From the IMG/VR virus record IMGVR_UViG_3300027779_000018, positions 1 to 64,000 of that record: 64,000 bases of DNA; one strand, 5' to 3'. The stretch comes from a virus. The notes beneath the pieces are model-generated. The model had not been told where the DNA came from. It saw nothing but the letters and a program-made list of their open reading frames with translations, and did not search any database. The position numbers were made by a program, and so were the translations under genes. Shown here one piece after another: positions 26,801 to 36,479 of this stretch; within the stretch, counting starts at the first letter, position 1; each line of letters begins with the position of its first letter.

Positions 26801-26809
26801 GACAGTATA

Positions 26810-28120
26810 ATGAATGAAACAAAGAAAGACAGTGAGAAAGTCATTTCGGATGAGACTCAGCAGAACATAAGAATCCTAGGGATTAATATTTCACATGACG
26901 CGTCTATTGCAGTCATCGATAACGGTGTCGTAACCAGTGTCTACGAAGAGGAACGCTGTCGCAGGACGAAGTACTGGGCTCCCCATGGGGATAAGGAAAC
27001 ACTCTACCAGTGTATCGAGCAGAAGAACCTAGAAGAGATTGATGAGGTGGTCTTCACTTCATTTGATCGCAGGCAGTTTAATGTTGTGGTCTCACCCACG
27101 ATCAGTCTCGACAGAATGAAGTCTCGTGAGTTTATTAGAAAATTAGAAACACAACAATTGTCTCGAGCTCGGTTAGAAGAGTTGGTAGAAGAATACCCCG
27201 ATGATTTCTCTATTGAGAAAATCTATGAGAACGATGAAGACCAAAGAATCATGGATGACATCGCAACCAATCAGTTAGGATTATCTTCAGAGGAATACCT
27301 CTACAATGTAGATCACCATGTCCACCATGCCTATTGTGGATTCGTTCAGTCAGAGATGGAGAATGCATTGGTCATTGTCATGGACGGTGGTGGCTGTCAG
27401 AAATATTACGACACACATCCTGCTTACCAAGAAATTGAATCCATTTATTATGCTACCAAAGGTGGGATGGAACCCTGTTGGAGTCGATTGTCGAACAGTC
27501 GTTTCATCGGGGACTTCGATGAGTTCTTCCCCAACGAATGTCACGCAGCTGGTCTCTGTTACTTAGATGAAGAGGAACATAGGGATGGGGTTGATCTTTG
27601 TTTTACTTCTCGTCCTAGCGCTGGTATGAACTTCAGTAACATGTCTCTAGCACTAGGGACGGATGACCAAGGTCGAGCAGCTGGAAAAGTGATGGGTATG
27701 GCATCCTACGGAAAACCTTCTCAGAATATATTCAACAAGTATAATGTCAGTCAACAATTGGAACTCGATTCCTACGACCATACGGTGGAGATCATCAAAC
27801 GTGCTATTGACTATGCACCTGATTGTAGGAACATTGTTCTCAGTGGTGGGTACTCTTTAAACTGTACCAACAACTACAAGTACTTAGAGGCCTTCCCTGA
27901 TTATCAAATCTTCGTTGACCCTATTCCCCATGATGGTGGAACGGCAGTCGGAGCTGCATTGCAGATGTGGGAAAATATTAATAGTAATAATGTTTCTAAT
28001 AATGTACAAAGTACATTTAATGAAACAAATGAAGAGGATAACGACACTTTACCCGACTGGCCAGAGATAAAAGATGATGAACCACAGATCACCCCTTTAG
28101 AGTGGAGTGCAGATAAATGA
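26810..28120 (+). CDS. Carbamoyltransferase (NodU/CmcH) N-terminal Kae1-like domain
   Basis: ILGINISHDASIA, EEER..R.K, HHVHHA, VMDGGG, AGKVMGMASYG, SGGYSLNC, HDGGTAVGAA. Confidence 0.9.
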   Translation: MNETKKDSEKVISDETQQNIRILGINISHDASIAVIDNGVVTSVYEEERCRRTKYWAPHGDKETLYQCIEQKNLEEIDEVVFTSFDRRQFNVVVSPTISLDRMKSREFIRKLETQQLSRARLEELVEEYPDDFSIEKIYENDEDQRIMDDIATNQLGLSSEEYLYNVDHHVHHAYCGFVQSEMENALVIVMDGGGCQKYYDTHPAYQEIESIYYATKGGMEPCWSRLSNSRFIGDFDEFFPNECHAAGLCYLDEEEHRDGVDLCFTSRPSAGMNFSNMSLALGTDDQGRAAGKVMGMASYGKPSQNIFNKYNVSQQLELDSYDHTVEIIKRAIDYAPDCRNIVLSGGYSLNCTNNYKYLEAFPDYQIFVDPIPHDGGTAVGAALQMWENINSNNVSNNVQSTFNETNEEDNDTLPDWPEIKDDEPQITPLEWSADK

Positions 28121-28737
28121 TTACAAGAATAGTAAGAGACTTAGATGACATCGTTGATTTAATTATTGATGAGAAACAAATCGTTGCGATCTTTCAAGGT
28201 GAAGGTGAGTGGGGCCCTAGAGCGCTAGGTAACCGTTCTATTCTATTTGACCCTAGACATAAGGAAGCTAAACAAATCGTCAACAGTGTGAAGAAGAGAG
28301 AGTCCTACAGACCTTTTGCAGGGAGTGTCATGGCAGAACATGCTCATGAGTATTTTCACATGTTGCAATTAAAAGAATCCCCATGGATGTCCTTTGCGAT
28401 TCAAGCAAAAGATATTGCCTACGAAAAAGTACCGACACTGGTACACGCAGATGGGACTTGCAGAATTCAAACGGTCACAAGAGAACAGAATAAAAACTAT
28501 TACGAATTAATTGAAGCCTTCTATGAGAAGACTGGTGTCCCGATGATTTTTAATACTTCGTTTAACTTGGGTGGTGAAGCACTGGTTGAAACAATTCAAG
28601 ATGCTATTGACACTTGCAACCGTTCTGAAATTAATTACCTCTATATTCCTGAAGACCAAGACTTTGATATCCCCTTTGAACAATTGAAATATAAATCATT
28701 GGAAGAGATAAACAAAAATAAAGGGGACATGGAATAG
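28117..28737 (+). CDS. Carbamoyltransferase C-terminal YrdC-like domain
   Basis: EWGPRALGNRSIL, VKKRESYRPFA, HADGTCRIQTV, NTSFNLGGE. Confidence 0.92.
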   Translation: MITRIVRDLDDIVDLIIDEKQIVAIFQGEGEWGPRALGNRSILFDPRHKEAKQIVNSVKKRESYRPFAGSVMAEHAHEYFHMLQLKESPWMSFAIQAKDIAYEKVPTLVHADGTCRIQTVTREQNKNYYELIEAFYEKTGVPMIFNTSFNLGGEALVETIQDAIDTCNRSEINYLYIPEDQDFDIPFEQLKYKSLEEINKNKGDME

Positions 28738-28777
28738 ATGATTTCAATTCGTTTGGTTTTAAATACTAAATAGTAAG

Positions 28778-29113
28778 ATGATAGAAGTTACAGACATTGC
28801 AATTGCAAAACTCATAGAGAAGAAAGTAGACTCAGTTAGAATGGGTGTTACTGGTGGTGGGTGTAGTGGTTACGAATACGTTTTTGTCGAAGACGAATTT
28901 AAAGACGGAGACGAAGTAATTGATTACGGTAAGTTTAAATTTCTGATAGATAGAATGAGTCAACCCTTTTTAAGAGGGGTGACATTAGATTATATTAAAG
29001 AAGGATTGAATGAAACATTTACGTTTCAGAATCCAAATGAAGAAGCCAGTTGTGGCTGTGGAGTGAGTATTACATTTAATGAAGACATCGTCAGCGAAAG
29101 CCAAAGGGCGTAA
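28778..29113 (+). CDS. iscA: A-type Fe-S cluster carrier (IscA/HesB family)
   Basis: GGGCSGYEY and NPN...CGCG.S motifs. Confidence 0.9.
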   Translation: MIEVTDIAIAKLIEKKVDSVRMGVTGGGCSGYEYVFVEDEFKDGDEVIDYGKFKFLIDRMSQPFLRGVTLDYIKEGLNETFTFQNPNEEASCGCGVSITFNEDIVSESQRA

Positions 29114-29429
29114 ACTACAACAGTGGTTTGCCCAAGTAATGGTTAATACACTTAACCTACATGAGGAAGATTTAGAATCTAGACCGATGGGGTCACAGGG
29201 TGAGGATATTATTATGGGTCGAGAGTCAAGGGAACAGTTTCCGTACTCAATCGAATGTAAAAACCAAGAAGCTGTTAACGTATGGAAAGCTTACGAACAA
29301 GCTGAAACAAATTGTAAGGGGTACGAACCCCTAGTAGTGATTAAACGAAACCGAAGTAAACCACTAGTGTTAGTGGATGCTGAACACTTCGTTGCACTAC
29401 ACAAAAGAGAAACGAATGAAATCATTTAA
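29079..29429 (+). CDS. PD-(D/E)XK nuclease / Holliday-junction resolvase-like protein
   Basis: SAKAKGRKLQ, GEDI, SIECKNQE, PLVVIKRNR. Confidence 0.75.
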   Translation: MKTSSAKAKGRKLQQWFAQVMVNTLNLHEEDLESRPMGSQGEDIIMGRESREQFPYSIECKNQEAVNVWKAYEQAETNCKGYEPLVVIKRNRSKPLVLVDAEHFVALHKRETNEII

Positions 29430-30459
29430 CGAGTCAAGAATAGTCCAAGAGGCACCTGAGAAGAACTACAAGTTAGTTCTCATTTCTCATGATGATCCTA
29501 ATGACACTAATGATACTGGTGTCCTGATTAGAGACACCGCTAAGAAGATGGGCATTGAAGTACACCTATGTGAATTCATGGGAGCTTACCTTACTAGGAA
29601 GGGGAAGAAGACATTCCTCAATTCATTTAAAGTCAACAAGGAAGGTGATATAGAAACATTAGGTGGTGATAAAGGTATCACCGATGGTAAAGATCACATG
29701 CAAGAACCTATCGAACTGGATGACAACACTCTCATCATGGTCAGAGGTATCGGAACAAGTGGTATCAGTGGTAACGCATCGTGGAAGAACTTAGCATTTC
29801 AACTTGAACAAGAAGGACATTCAGTCGTTAACTCTACCCAGTGTCATTGGTATTGTGCAGACAAAGACCTCAATCAATATATGTTTGAGAAAGAACACTT
29901 CACCACCCCCATTACTACAAGGATGACTCATTCAGAAGATGGTGTTGAAGCCATGAAACGAATTGGTGATGAGTTCCCTGTAATATTAAAAACAGGAACA
30001 GGAAGTCGTGGTATAGGTGTAGTGTACATTGAGTCTCATAAAACCCTTAGAGCAATCGCACAATTATTATATCGTGAGTCAGAGTGGACAGATATTCTTT
30101 TACAAGAGTTTGTAAAATGTAAATACGATGTTCGTGCAATTGTTTGTTGTGGTGAAGTGATCGGTGCAATGAAACGTCCAATCGTGGATGGAGATTTCAG
30201 AAGTAATGTTTCACAAGGTTCAAAAGCAGAAGCAATGGAGTTGACCGAAAAAGAAATTGCAGAATGTATCAGAGCTGCAGATTGTGTCGAAGCAAAAATA
30301 TCAGGAGTGGATTTTATTCCTGCGACAGACAGAGAGAAAGGTGAACCAATATTCATTGAAGTAAATTCAACGCCAGGCTTAAAAGGAATTGCAGAAGTCA
30401 TTCCAAACATAGTGAAGGATGTCCTGAAGTGTTTTTATAATAGAGAGTTTTGGAAATAG
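29416..30459 (+). CDS. RimK-like ATP-grasp ligase
   Basis: FPVILKT..GSRGIGV, LLQEFV, DVRAIV, DFRSNVSQG, GVDFI, IEVNSTPG. Confidence 0.88.
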   Translation: MKSFNESRIVQEAPEKNYKLVLISHDDPNDTNDTGVLIRDTAKKMGIEVHLCEFMGAYLTRKGKKTFLNSFKVNKEGDIETLGGDKGITDGKDHMQEPIELDDNTLIMVRGIGTSGISGNASWKNLAFQLEQEGHSVVNSTQCHWYCADKDLNQYMFEKEHFTTPITTRMTHSEDGVEAMKRIGDEFPVILKTGTGSRGIGVVYIESHKTLRAIAQLLYRESEWTDILLQEFVKCKYDVRAIVCCGEVIGAMKRPIVDGDFRSNVSQGSKAEAMELTEKEIAECIRAADCVEAKISGVDFIPATDREKGEPIFIEVNSTPGLKGIAEVIPNIVKDVLKCFYNREFWK

Positions 30460-30461
30460 AC

Positions 30462-30491
30462 TTGACAATGGGTTGAACATTTTGATATACT
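30462..30491 (+). promoter_or_regulatory. Sigma70-type promoter
   Basis: TTGACA-18bp-TATACT. Confidence 0.8.
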
Positions 30492-30523
30492 AGATACAAT
30501 AAAACTTCAACTAGAAAATATAT

Positions 30524-31225
30524 ATGATGACAAACACAATATCAATACAAGACCGATGTGCAAATAAAGCCTTAGATGCTTTCGGTGAAATAGAATACCA
30601 AATAGACGAATACCTTGCACGACCCTTTGGAAGTGACTGGGAGTGCATTAGGTATTTAAATAAACTTGCATATTCCCCCATGGTAATAAAATACATGAGG
30701 GGTCAATTATCTGACATGGTCACCGAAGTAAAAAATAAAGAAGGGTGTGAACAGTTAGAGGAAGCCTACAGCTTCCTAAACAAATCAGAAAAGAAAAAAT
30801 TCCTAACATTCCTAGATTCAATCGAAAGTGATATTGCACGATACCTTGTAACTAATAAAACAAGACGTAAAGCAAAAATTAAAACCCCTGCACAGATGGT
30901 TGCTAAACTCCCTTACCTTAAACAAGACCACGAGCTGGTGTCGATTAATCCTGAAGAGATTATTCGTGCAAGGATGTTATACACTTATAATATTAAGACA
31001 AGGAGACTAGCATCTTACACTGGACATTTATCTGTCAAAGCAACCAGTATTATAGGATTTGATAAGAGTGAAGAAAAGACCTTGACAGATCGTAGGCTTC
31101 TTGATAGAATGGTACAAGGTGGTAATATAATTGCATCGGGTTTCATGGACGAATTAAAAACCAAGTCATATGAACCCAGTAAGATAATTACCAAAAATAC
31201 AATATTATTAAAAGTGATTAAATAA
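30524..31225 (+). CDS. Conserved hypothetical protein
   Basis: 233-aa ORF translationally coupled to RNase H. Confidence 0.7.
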   Translation: MMTNTISIQDRCANKALDAFGEIEYQIDEYLARPFGSDWECIRYLNKLAYSPMVIKYMRGQLSDMVTEVKNKEGCEQLEEAYSFLNKSEKKKFLTFLDSIESDIARYLVTNKTRRKAKIKTPAQMVAKLPYLKQDHELVSINPEEIIRARMLYTYNIKTRRLASYTGHLSVKATSIIGFDKSEEKTLTDRRLLDRMVQGGNIIASGFMDELKTKSYEPSKIITKNTILLKVIK

Positions 31226-32061
31226 TGATTCTAATAGATTTTACCCAAACCATAATAGCAGGTTTGATGGCACAGCTCAAGATGAACAATGGTGAGGTGT
31301 CAGAAGATATGTTACGACATATGATATTGAACTCTGTTCGTGTTTATCAGAAACGATACTCTAATGAATATGGTGAGATCACTTTATGTACGGATGCACC
31401 CAATACATGGAGAAAAGAATTCATGCCATTGTATAAAGCAAACCGTAAGAAGACTAGAGATAAATCAGACCTAGACTGGGGTATGTTATTCGAAACACTT
31501 AATAAAGTTAAACAGGAAATCAAAGAGAACTTCCCATACCGATATATGTATGTTGAACGTGCAGAGGCAGATGACATCATCGCCATCCTAGTTAAACATG
31601 CAAAAGAACCAGTGATGATAGTCAGTGGAGATAAAGACTTCCAACAGTTACACAAGTATGACTATGTGAAACAATGGAGTCCCAACCTAAATAAACTAAT
31701 AGATTGTCCCAACCCTGAATTGTTTCTTAGGGAACATATTCTAACTGGGGACAAATCAGATGGCATTCCAAATATATTATCTAATGATGATTGTTTTGCA
31801 GAAGGTATCAGACAGACACCTTTAAGAAAAGGTATAAAAGATAGTTACCTCAGAATGACCATTGAAAAAGACGATAAATACTATCGGAACTATTTAAGAA
31901 ACCAAACTCTTATTGACCTAGAGTTCATTCCTCAAGATTTAGAGGATTGTATCTTAGACGAGTTTTCAAAGACTGCACCTGTAAGAGGGAAAGTATTTGA
32001 TTACCTAAGAACACATAGGTTGAATGAGTTATTAAATCATGTAGAGGACTTTACGTTATGA
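31225..32061 (+). CDS. rnh: T4 RNase H (5'-3' exonuclease/flap endonuclease)
   Basis: MILIDF, WRK...YKANR, EADDII, SGDKDFQQL, GDKSDGIPN. Confidence 0.93.
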   Translation: MILIDFTQTIIAGLMAQLKMNNGEVSEDMLRHMILNSVRVYQKRYSNEYGEITLCTDAPNTWRKEFMPLYKANRKKTRDKSDLDWGMLFETLNKVKQEIKENFPYRYMYVERAEADDIIAILVKHAKEPVMIVSGDKDFQQLHKYDYVKQWSPNLNKLIDCPNPELFLREHILTGDKSDGIPNILSNDDCFAEGIRQTPLRKGIKDSYLRMTIEKDDKYYRNYLRNQTLIDLEFIPQDLEDCILDEFSKTAPVRGKVFDYLRTHRLNELLNHVEDFTL

Positions 32062-32570
32062 CAGAAAAGAAAGGAAGAGGGCGTCCCAAGGGAGCTCCAA
32101 ATAAACCGTTAATGGAAATTGATACAAAAAGAAATACACTTCTAAACAATGCAGATGTTGTTGAAATTTTGAGTCAAGCAAACCTAGTTGCACCTGAGAA
32201 CGAAACCCATGCAGTCAATGGACTTATGGTATTCGGTAAAAAGAATGGTGCAATCAAACCAATCCTACAGTGGGTCTTCTCTTCGAAGATCAACTCAACC
32301 TTGCCTGAAGGCAAGACTCCGTACAAAAGTAATGATGCACCAGCAACAGACTTAGCTGAAACCAGTCTAAGGTTTGAACACAGGTTATTCAAGTATTTTG
32401 TAACAGAGCAGATTCCTATGACAAAGCGTGAAGCTATGTGGATAGGTATGTTGGAAGGAATACCTACTAGGGAAGCAGAATTGATGGACTTAGTAAAAGA
32501 CGGTAAGTGGCCGTTTAAAAATATCACTGGTGAGATCGCGAAGAAAGCTTTCTCTGACATTAACATTTAA
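32058..32570 (+). CDS. Conserved T4-like hypothetical protein
   Basis: AT-hook-like KKGRGRPKG; LPEG.TPY, KRE.M.I..LEG..EAEL. Confidence 0.7.
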   Translation: MTEKKGRGRPKGAPNKPLMEIDTKRNTLLNNADVVEILSQANLVAPENETHAVNGLMVFGKKNGAIKPILQWVFSSKINSTLPEGKTPYKSNDAPATDLAETSLRFEHRLFKYFVTEQIPMTKREAMWIGMLEGIPTREAELMDLVKDGKWPFKNITGEIAKKAFSDINI

Positions 32571-32680
32571 TAAATATAAGAGTAGTTCGAGACTATAGAT
32601 ATAATTAGGACTGGATTGAACGAGTCAATAAAAACTTTTTTAGTCGTATACTGCTCCATGGGAATTGAGGAAATTTAATA

Positions 32681-34174
32681 ATGAATGACATGGATAAAAA
32701 TCAAACAATGTTCGCTCAAGAGCAGGTTGTTTCTGAACCTACAGAAATAGAAAAAATACAAAACAGAGTAGCTAACTTTGCTGTCAGGGTAAAACCTAAT
32801 ACGGCCGAAGCAATTAGTGCTACTCTACAAATGTGTTTATCTAAAGGTATGTTTGGAATAGACGATCTAGATGCAGTGGTTACAATTCGTGAAGAGATCA
32901 CAAAGGGGTTAATTGAGTACCGTAGTACAGTTGAAAATGCACAGAAACAATTAGACAGTGCAGTAGAAGAACAACAAAAAGTATTACAGGCAGAAGCAGA
33001 AGCTAGAGTTGAAGCAGATAGACAAAGGTTAATTGACGAAAGACTTCTAAGAAAAAGAACTGAAGATCGTGTAGCACAAATGGAAGCAGCCCTTGCGAAA
33101 GCAGGATTGCACATAGACTTAAATGGTGACGGCATTGTTGGATTACAACAAGGACAACCTGAAGATACTCTAACTGCAAACGAACAATCACAAGTTGCTG
33201 AAATGTTAGCACAGTCTAAAGAAGCTGTTCATGCACCAGTTGATTCTTCTCCATATAAACACACTATGCCTGTACCACCAGTTGCACCAGTAGAACCAAC
33301 CAAACCTCATCAAACTAGTAATGCATTTAAATTAGCACGGATGTTAAATCCTGTTAGTGAAGTTCCTGAACCTAGTGAATCAGAGATTATGCAATCGGAG
33401 CTAGAACCGATCTACCACCCAACCGAACATGACGAGTCTGATGATCTAGAAGATGCCAAACAAATTGAAGCAGAACTAGATGCAGTCCTTTCAGGAGAAA
33501 GAGTAATATCTGAAGACCCTGAATTTGTGGAACGAATAGAAAAGGCAACCAAGTCCTTTAAAGATTTTGTTCCCTCTGATGTAGTAGCAGGTGGTGTAGA
33601 TACTGAATCCTTTATGGAAGAAGTTGCAAGTGTTGATCCTGATGTTGATCCCGATTCAGACTTCGAAGACTCTGCAGAATTTTATAATGGTGAAGAAGAA
33701 ACTACCAAGACACCTATTGCAGCTGGAGTCTATGTTGAACATACAGAAACCCCTGATGAAGAACCTACCTTAGACATTGGGTATTCATCAAGTAACCCAA
33801 TGGTCACAGCTGGTAATGCACCCAACATAACAGGTGTTGAAATTGGTGAGAATGATGTAGTCATTCGATCAGATGCAATTAAAATTATGGATGAAATTCC
33901 TACCCCTTCAGTTCAAGAAGAGGATGAGTTTGAAGAAGTTGTAATTCCTAATCGTGCAGAACTAAATGCAATGACTAAGAAACAACTTTCCAATTCAGCT
34001 GAGAAGTTGAGTTTCACTATAGACAAAAAATTAACTAAAGCGAAAATGGTTGACTCTTTTGAAGAACAATCCAATGTGTTGATTGAAGAATTAACAGCTG
34101 GTGAAGAATTCGTGAGTGCAACTGAGGAAGATGTCGATGGTGATGAGGATAGGAGAGACGGCGGATACTTTTAA
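32681..34174 (+). CDS. Large acidic, partly disordered protein
   Basis: Coiled coil, DLNGDG motif, Pro/Glu-rich linker, C-terminal Rho_N/HeH-like segment; GAGG RBS. Confidence 0.7.
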   Translation: MNDMDKNQTMFAQEQVVSEPTEIEKIQNRVANFAVRVKPNTAEAISATLQMCLSKGMFGIDDLDAVVTIREEITKGLIEYRSTVENAQKQLDSAVEEQQKVLQAEAEARVEADRQRLIDERLLRKRTEDRVAQMEAALAKAGLHIDLNGDGIVGLQQGQPEDTLTANEQSQVAEMLAQSKEAVHAPVDSSPYKHTMPVPPVAPVEPTKPHQTSNAFKLARMLNPVSEVPEPSESEIMQSELEPIYHPTEHDESDDLEDAKQIEAELDAVLSGERVISEDPEFVERIEKATKSFKDFVPSDVVAGGVDTESFMEEVASVDPDVDPDSDFEDSAEFYNGEEETTKTPIAAGVYVEHTETPDEEPTLDIGYSSSNPMVTAGNAPNITGVEIGENDVVIRSDAIKIMDEIPTPSVQEEDEFEEVVIPNRAELNAMTKKQLSNSAEKLSFTIDKKLTKAKMVDSFEEQSNVLIEELTAGEEFVSATEEDVDGDEDRRDGGYF

Positions 34175-34595
34175 TTCTGTTGTTCGTGGTTTACATTTAA
34201 ATGAAGTAAGTCCTCTCCATGAGGATAAACTTCGTGGTATCGAAGAGGATGTATTGAGATTCGATTTACCACACGATCATTCTATAAGGTTAGGAACTCT
34301 TCACAATGGAGAGTATATATTTGTTGTGCAAGAAGGAAGTCACATTCTTTTCTCAGCACACCAGTTAAATAAAAACCCCCTTAGATCAGGAGTTCTAAAA
34401 ACCTTCTTACACAAAGAAAGGGGATTCCCTCGATCTGTAGAATTAGATGTCAATGAAGACGCACAGTTTGTTTGTATTCCTAAAGACCTAGCAGAAGGAT
34501 TTGTTGTGGACAATAAAATTAATTATGAACTTATTAAAGAAACACCTGAAGTGGAACGACACATAAGATGCACAAGGATTACTAGTGTCGAATAA
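34143..34595 (+). CDS. Hypothetical protein
   Basis: Overlaps both neighbours; start uncertain. Confidence 0.55.
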   Translation: MRIGETADTFNSVVRGLHLNEVSPLHEDKLRGIEEDVLRFDLPHDHSIRLGTLHNGEYIFVVQEGSHILFSAHQLNKNPLRSGVLKTFLHKERGFPRSVELDVNEDAQFVCIPKDLAEGFVVDNKINYELIKETPEVERHIRCTRITSVE

Positions 34596-35514
34596 CATCC
34601 CAACAACTGCAGTTGACCAACATGACTTTCTTGCTCACAGAAGAGAACAGGAAAAGAAACATTGGGCGAAAAAAACTGGAGAGTTAAATGAATTGGATTC
34701 AATCCTTACTGTTGAAGTTAACACTACTGAGTTGTGCAATCGTACCTGCGTATTTTGTCCAAGACACGACCCTAAAGTTTTCCCCAACAGGAATCTTCAT
34801 CTTACGGTTAAAGGTGCTTGCACCATTGCGACAGAGTTAGGACGAAATAACTTTAGTGGTAAAATATCCTTTAGTGGATTCGGAGAGAATTTACTTAACC
34901 CAAACTTCCAAACAATCGTGAGAGAGTTCAGAACACATTTACCAAATGCAACACTAGAGTGTAACACTAACGGTGACAAACTTACTGTTGAATATGCAAG
35001 AGAATTAATTAACAACGGACTAGACTTGTTGTACATTAATCTATACGATGGGATTGAACAGATGACTCCCTTCGAAGATATGATGAACCTCGCAGGACTC
35101 AATGAGACACAATATAAATTTAGAATGCACTGGGGAGACTTTGATACCCATGGATTGATTCTAAACAACAGGAGTGGAACGGTTGACTGGGTTGGAATAG
35201 AAGAATCTAGTATAACCAGTCTAAAAGGAAAGCCCTGTCACTACCCTTTCTACAAAATGTTTGTGGACTGGAATGGAGATGTACTTTTCTGTTCTAACGA
35301 TTGGGGAAGAGAACATGTTGTGGGTAACTTATTACAATCTACCCTACATGAAGTGTGGTTCAGTAAACCCATGAACAAGATCAGAAAGAGATTGATGAGG
35401 GGAGATAGATCACACTCACCCTGTAACAAGTGTAGTGTAGATGGTTCACTATTCGGCAAACAATCTTTTGAGATCGTCAAGGAGTATTATGAAAGTTCTA
35501 ATAACAGGAAGTAG
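34585..35514 (+). CDS. Radical SAM protein with SPASM/twitch domain
   Basis: CNRTCVFC; SGFGE; C-terminal CHYPF..DWNGDV.FC..D...GNL..C.KC. Confidence 0.9.
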   Translation: MSNNIPTTAVDQHDFLAHRREQEKKHWAKKTGELNELDSILTVEVNTTELCNRTCVFCPRHDPKVFPNRNLHLTVKGACTIATELGRNNFSGKISFSGFGENLLNPNFQTIVREFRTHLPNATLECNTNGDKLTVEYARELINNGLDLLYINLYDGIEQMTPFEDMMNLAGLNETQYKFRMHWGDFDTHGLILNNRSGTVDWVGIEESSITSLKGKPCHYPFYKMFVDWNGDVLFCSNDWGREHVVGNLLQSTLHEVWFSKPMNKIRKRLMRGDRSHSPCNKCSVDGSLFGKQSFEIVKEYYESSNNRK

Positions 35515-36061
35515 TGGACTAGCAAAAGTTATCGGGGATATGATAGCCGCAACTCCCTATGTTGGTTCTATACACATAATCAACCATGCTCGTATCGAAG
35601 ATTTATTAATGTGGACTCCACCTGAGTGGAACGAGTATGATGCATTTATTAATTGTGCTCATTTAGACTTTCAGCAATGCAATCTACTAATGTTGGCCTA
35701 CGAAGCATACAAAGAAGATGATAGTAAAACAATAATCAACATCTCATCTCGTGCAAGTCAGCCTAACATATCTAAGGGATACCTCTATGCGGCTCAGAAA
35801 GCCGCTCTACTGCATTTAAATAACAACCTAGTGTACAACTCAGACAAGAGATGTCGTATCACTACGATGAACCTAGGACTCTTAAATCACACTGACCTTC
35901 CTAGTATCTCACACAATGAGGTTGCAAGTTGGATATACAGTCACCTCACTACATCTAAACATGTAGACATACCTGAGATCACCCTTCAGAATAGGGCAAA
36001 CTACATGACCATTCAACGTGATAAAGAAACACTTAGAGAACTAGAGAGATATACTAAATAA
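35489..36061 (+). CDS. Short-chain dehydrogenase/reductase-like protein
   Basis: KVLITGSSGL, FINCA, IINISS, YAAQK (YxxxK). Confidence 0.8.
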   Translation: MKVLITGSSGLAKVIGDMIAATPYVGSIHIINHARIEDLLMWTPPEWNEYDAFINCAHLDFQQCNLLMLAYEAYKEDDSKTIINISSRASQPNISKGYLYAAQKAALLHLNNNLVYNSDKRCRITTMNLGLLNHTDLPSISHNEVASWIYSHLTTSKHVDIPEITLQNRANYMTIQRDKETLRELERYTK

Positions 36062-36065
36062 TATT

Positions 36066-36314
36066 ATGACTACAGAATATAACGACTTTGGTTTTACCGC
36101 TATGGATGCAGATGAACTTGCGTCCATTGATTCTAAGATTATCGAGAAGACTACTACTGCAACGGAAGTAATCAACAAACTCGATGATTTCGTAAGACCC
36201 CTACTTGAGAATCTTGCAAAGGATTCAGACAAGGACTATATCTATTGGCCCAATCGAGTAGAGATCATAAACAAGAAATTAAAAGAATTAGACGAAATTC
36301 AAAAAACCCTCTAG
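36066..36314 (+). CDS. Conserved T4-like hypothetical protein
   Basis: DFGFTA..PLL.NL.KD..KDYIYWPNR motif. Confidence 0.75.
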   Translation: MTTEYNDFGFTAMDADELASIDSKIIEKTTTATEVINKLDDFVRPLLENLAKDSDKDYIYWPNRVEIINKKLKELDEIQKTL

Positions 36315-36340
36315 ACAGAGAGTTGGGTTTATGTTATACT
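36312..36340 (+). promoter_or_regulatory. Sigma70-type promoter
   Basis: TAGACA-17bp-TATACT with TG. Confidence 0.6.
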
Positions 36341-36479
36341 AAATACATATGATGATTAAAGGGGATTAGCTCCTTTAGCTTCAAAGCAGACAAACCTATT
36401 TCGAAAGATACCATGGTGAGTCGATACAAAGAACGACTTAATTGTCAATGTTCCGAGTATTTAAAAAGAGGAAAAACCC

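Noticed and set aside
26810-28737. Carbamoyltransferase as a frameshifted pseudogene
   Set aside because: The break falls at the domain boundary, with an ATGA overlap, an RBS and intact motifs.
36385-36460. Canonical c-di-GMP-I riboswitch
   Set aside because: Only the 5' part resembles it; the GACGCAAA junction and P3 features are missing. Kept only as an unclassified structured leader.
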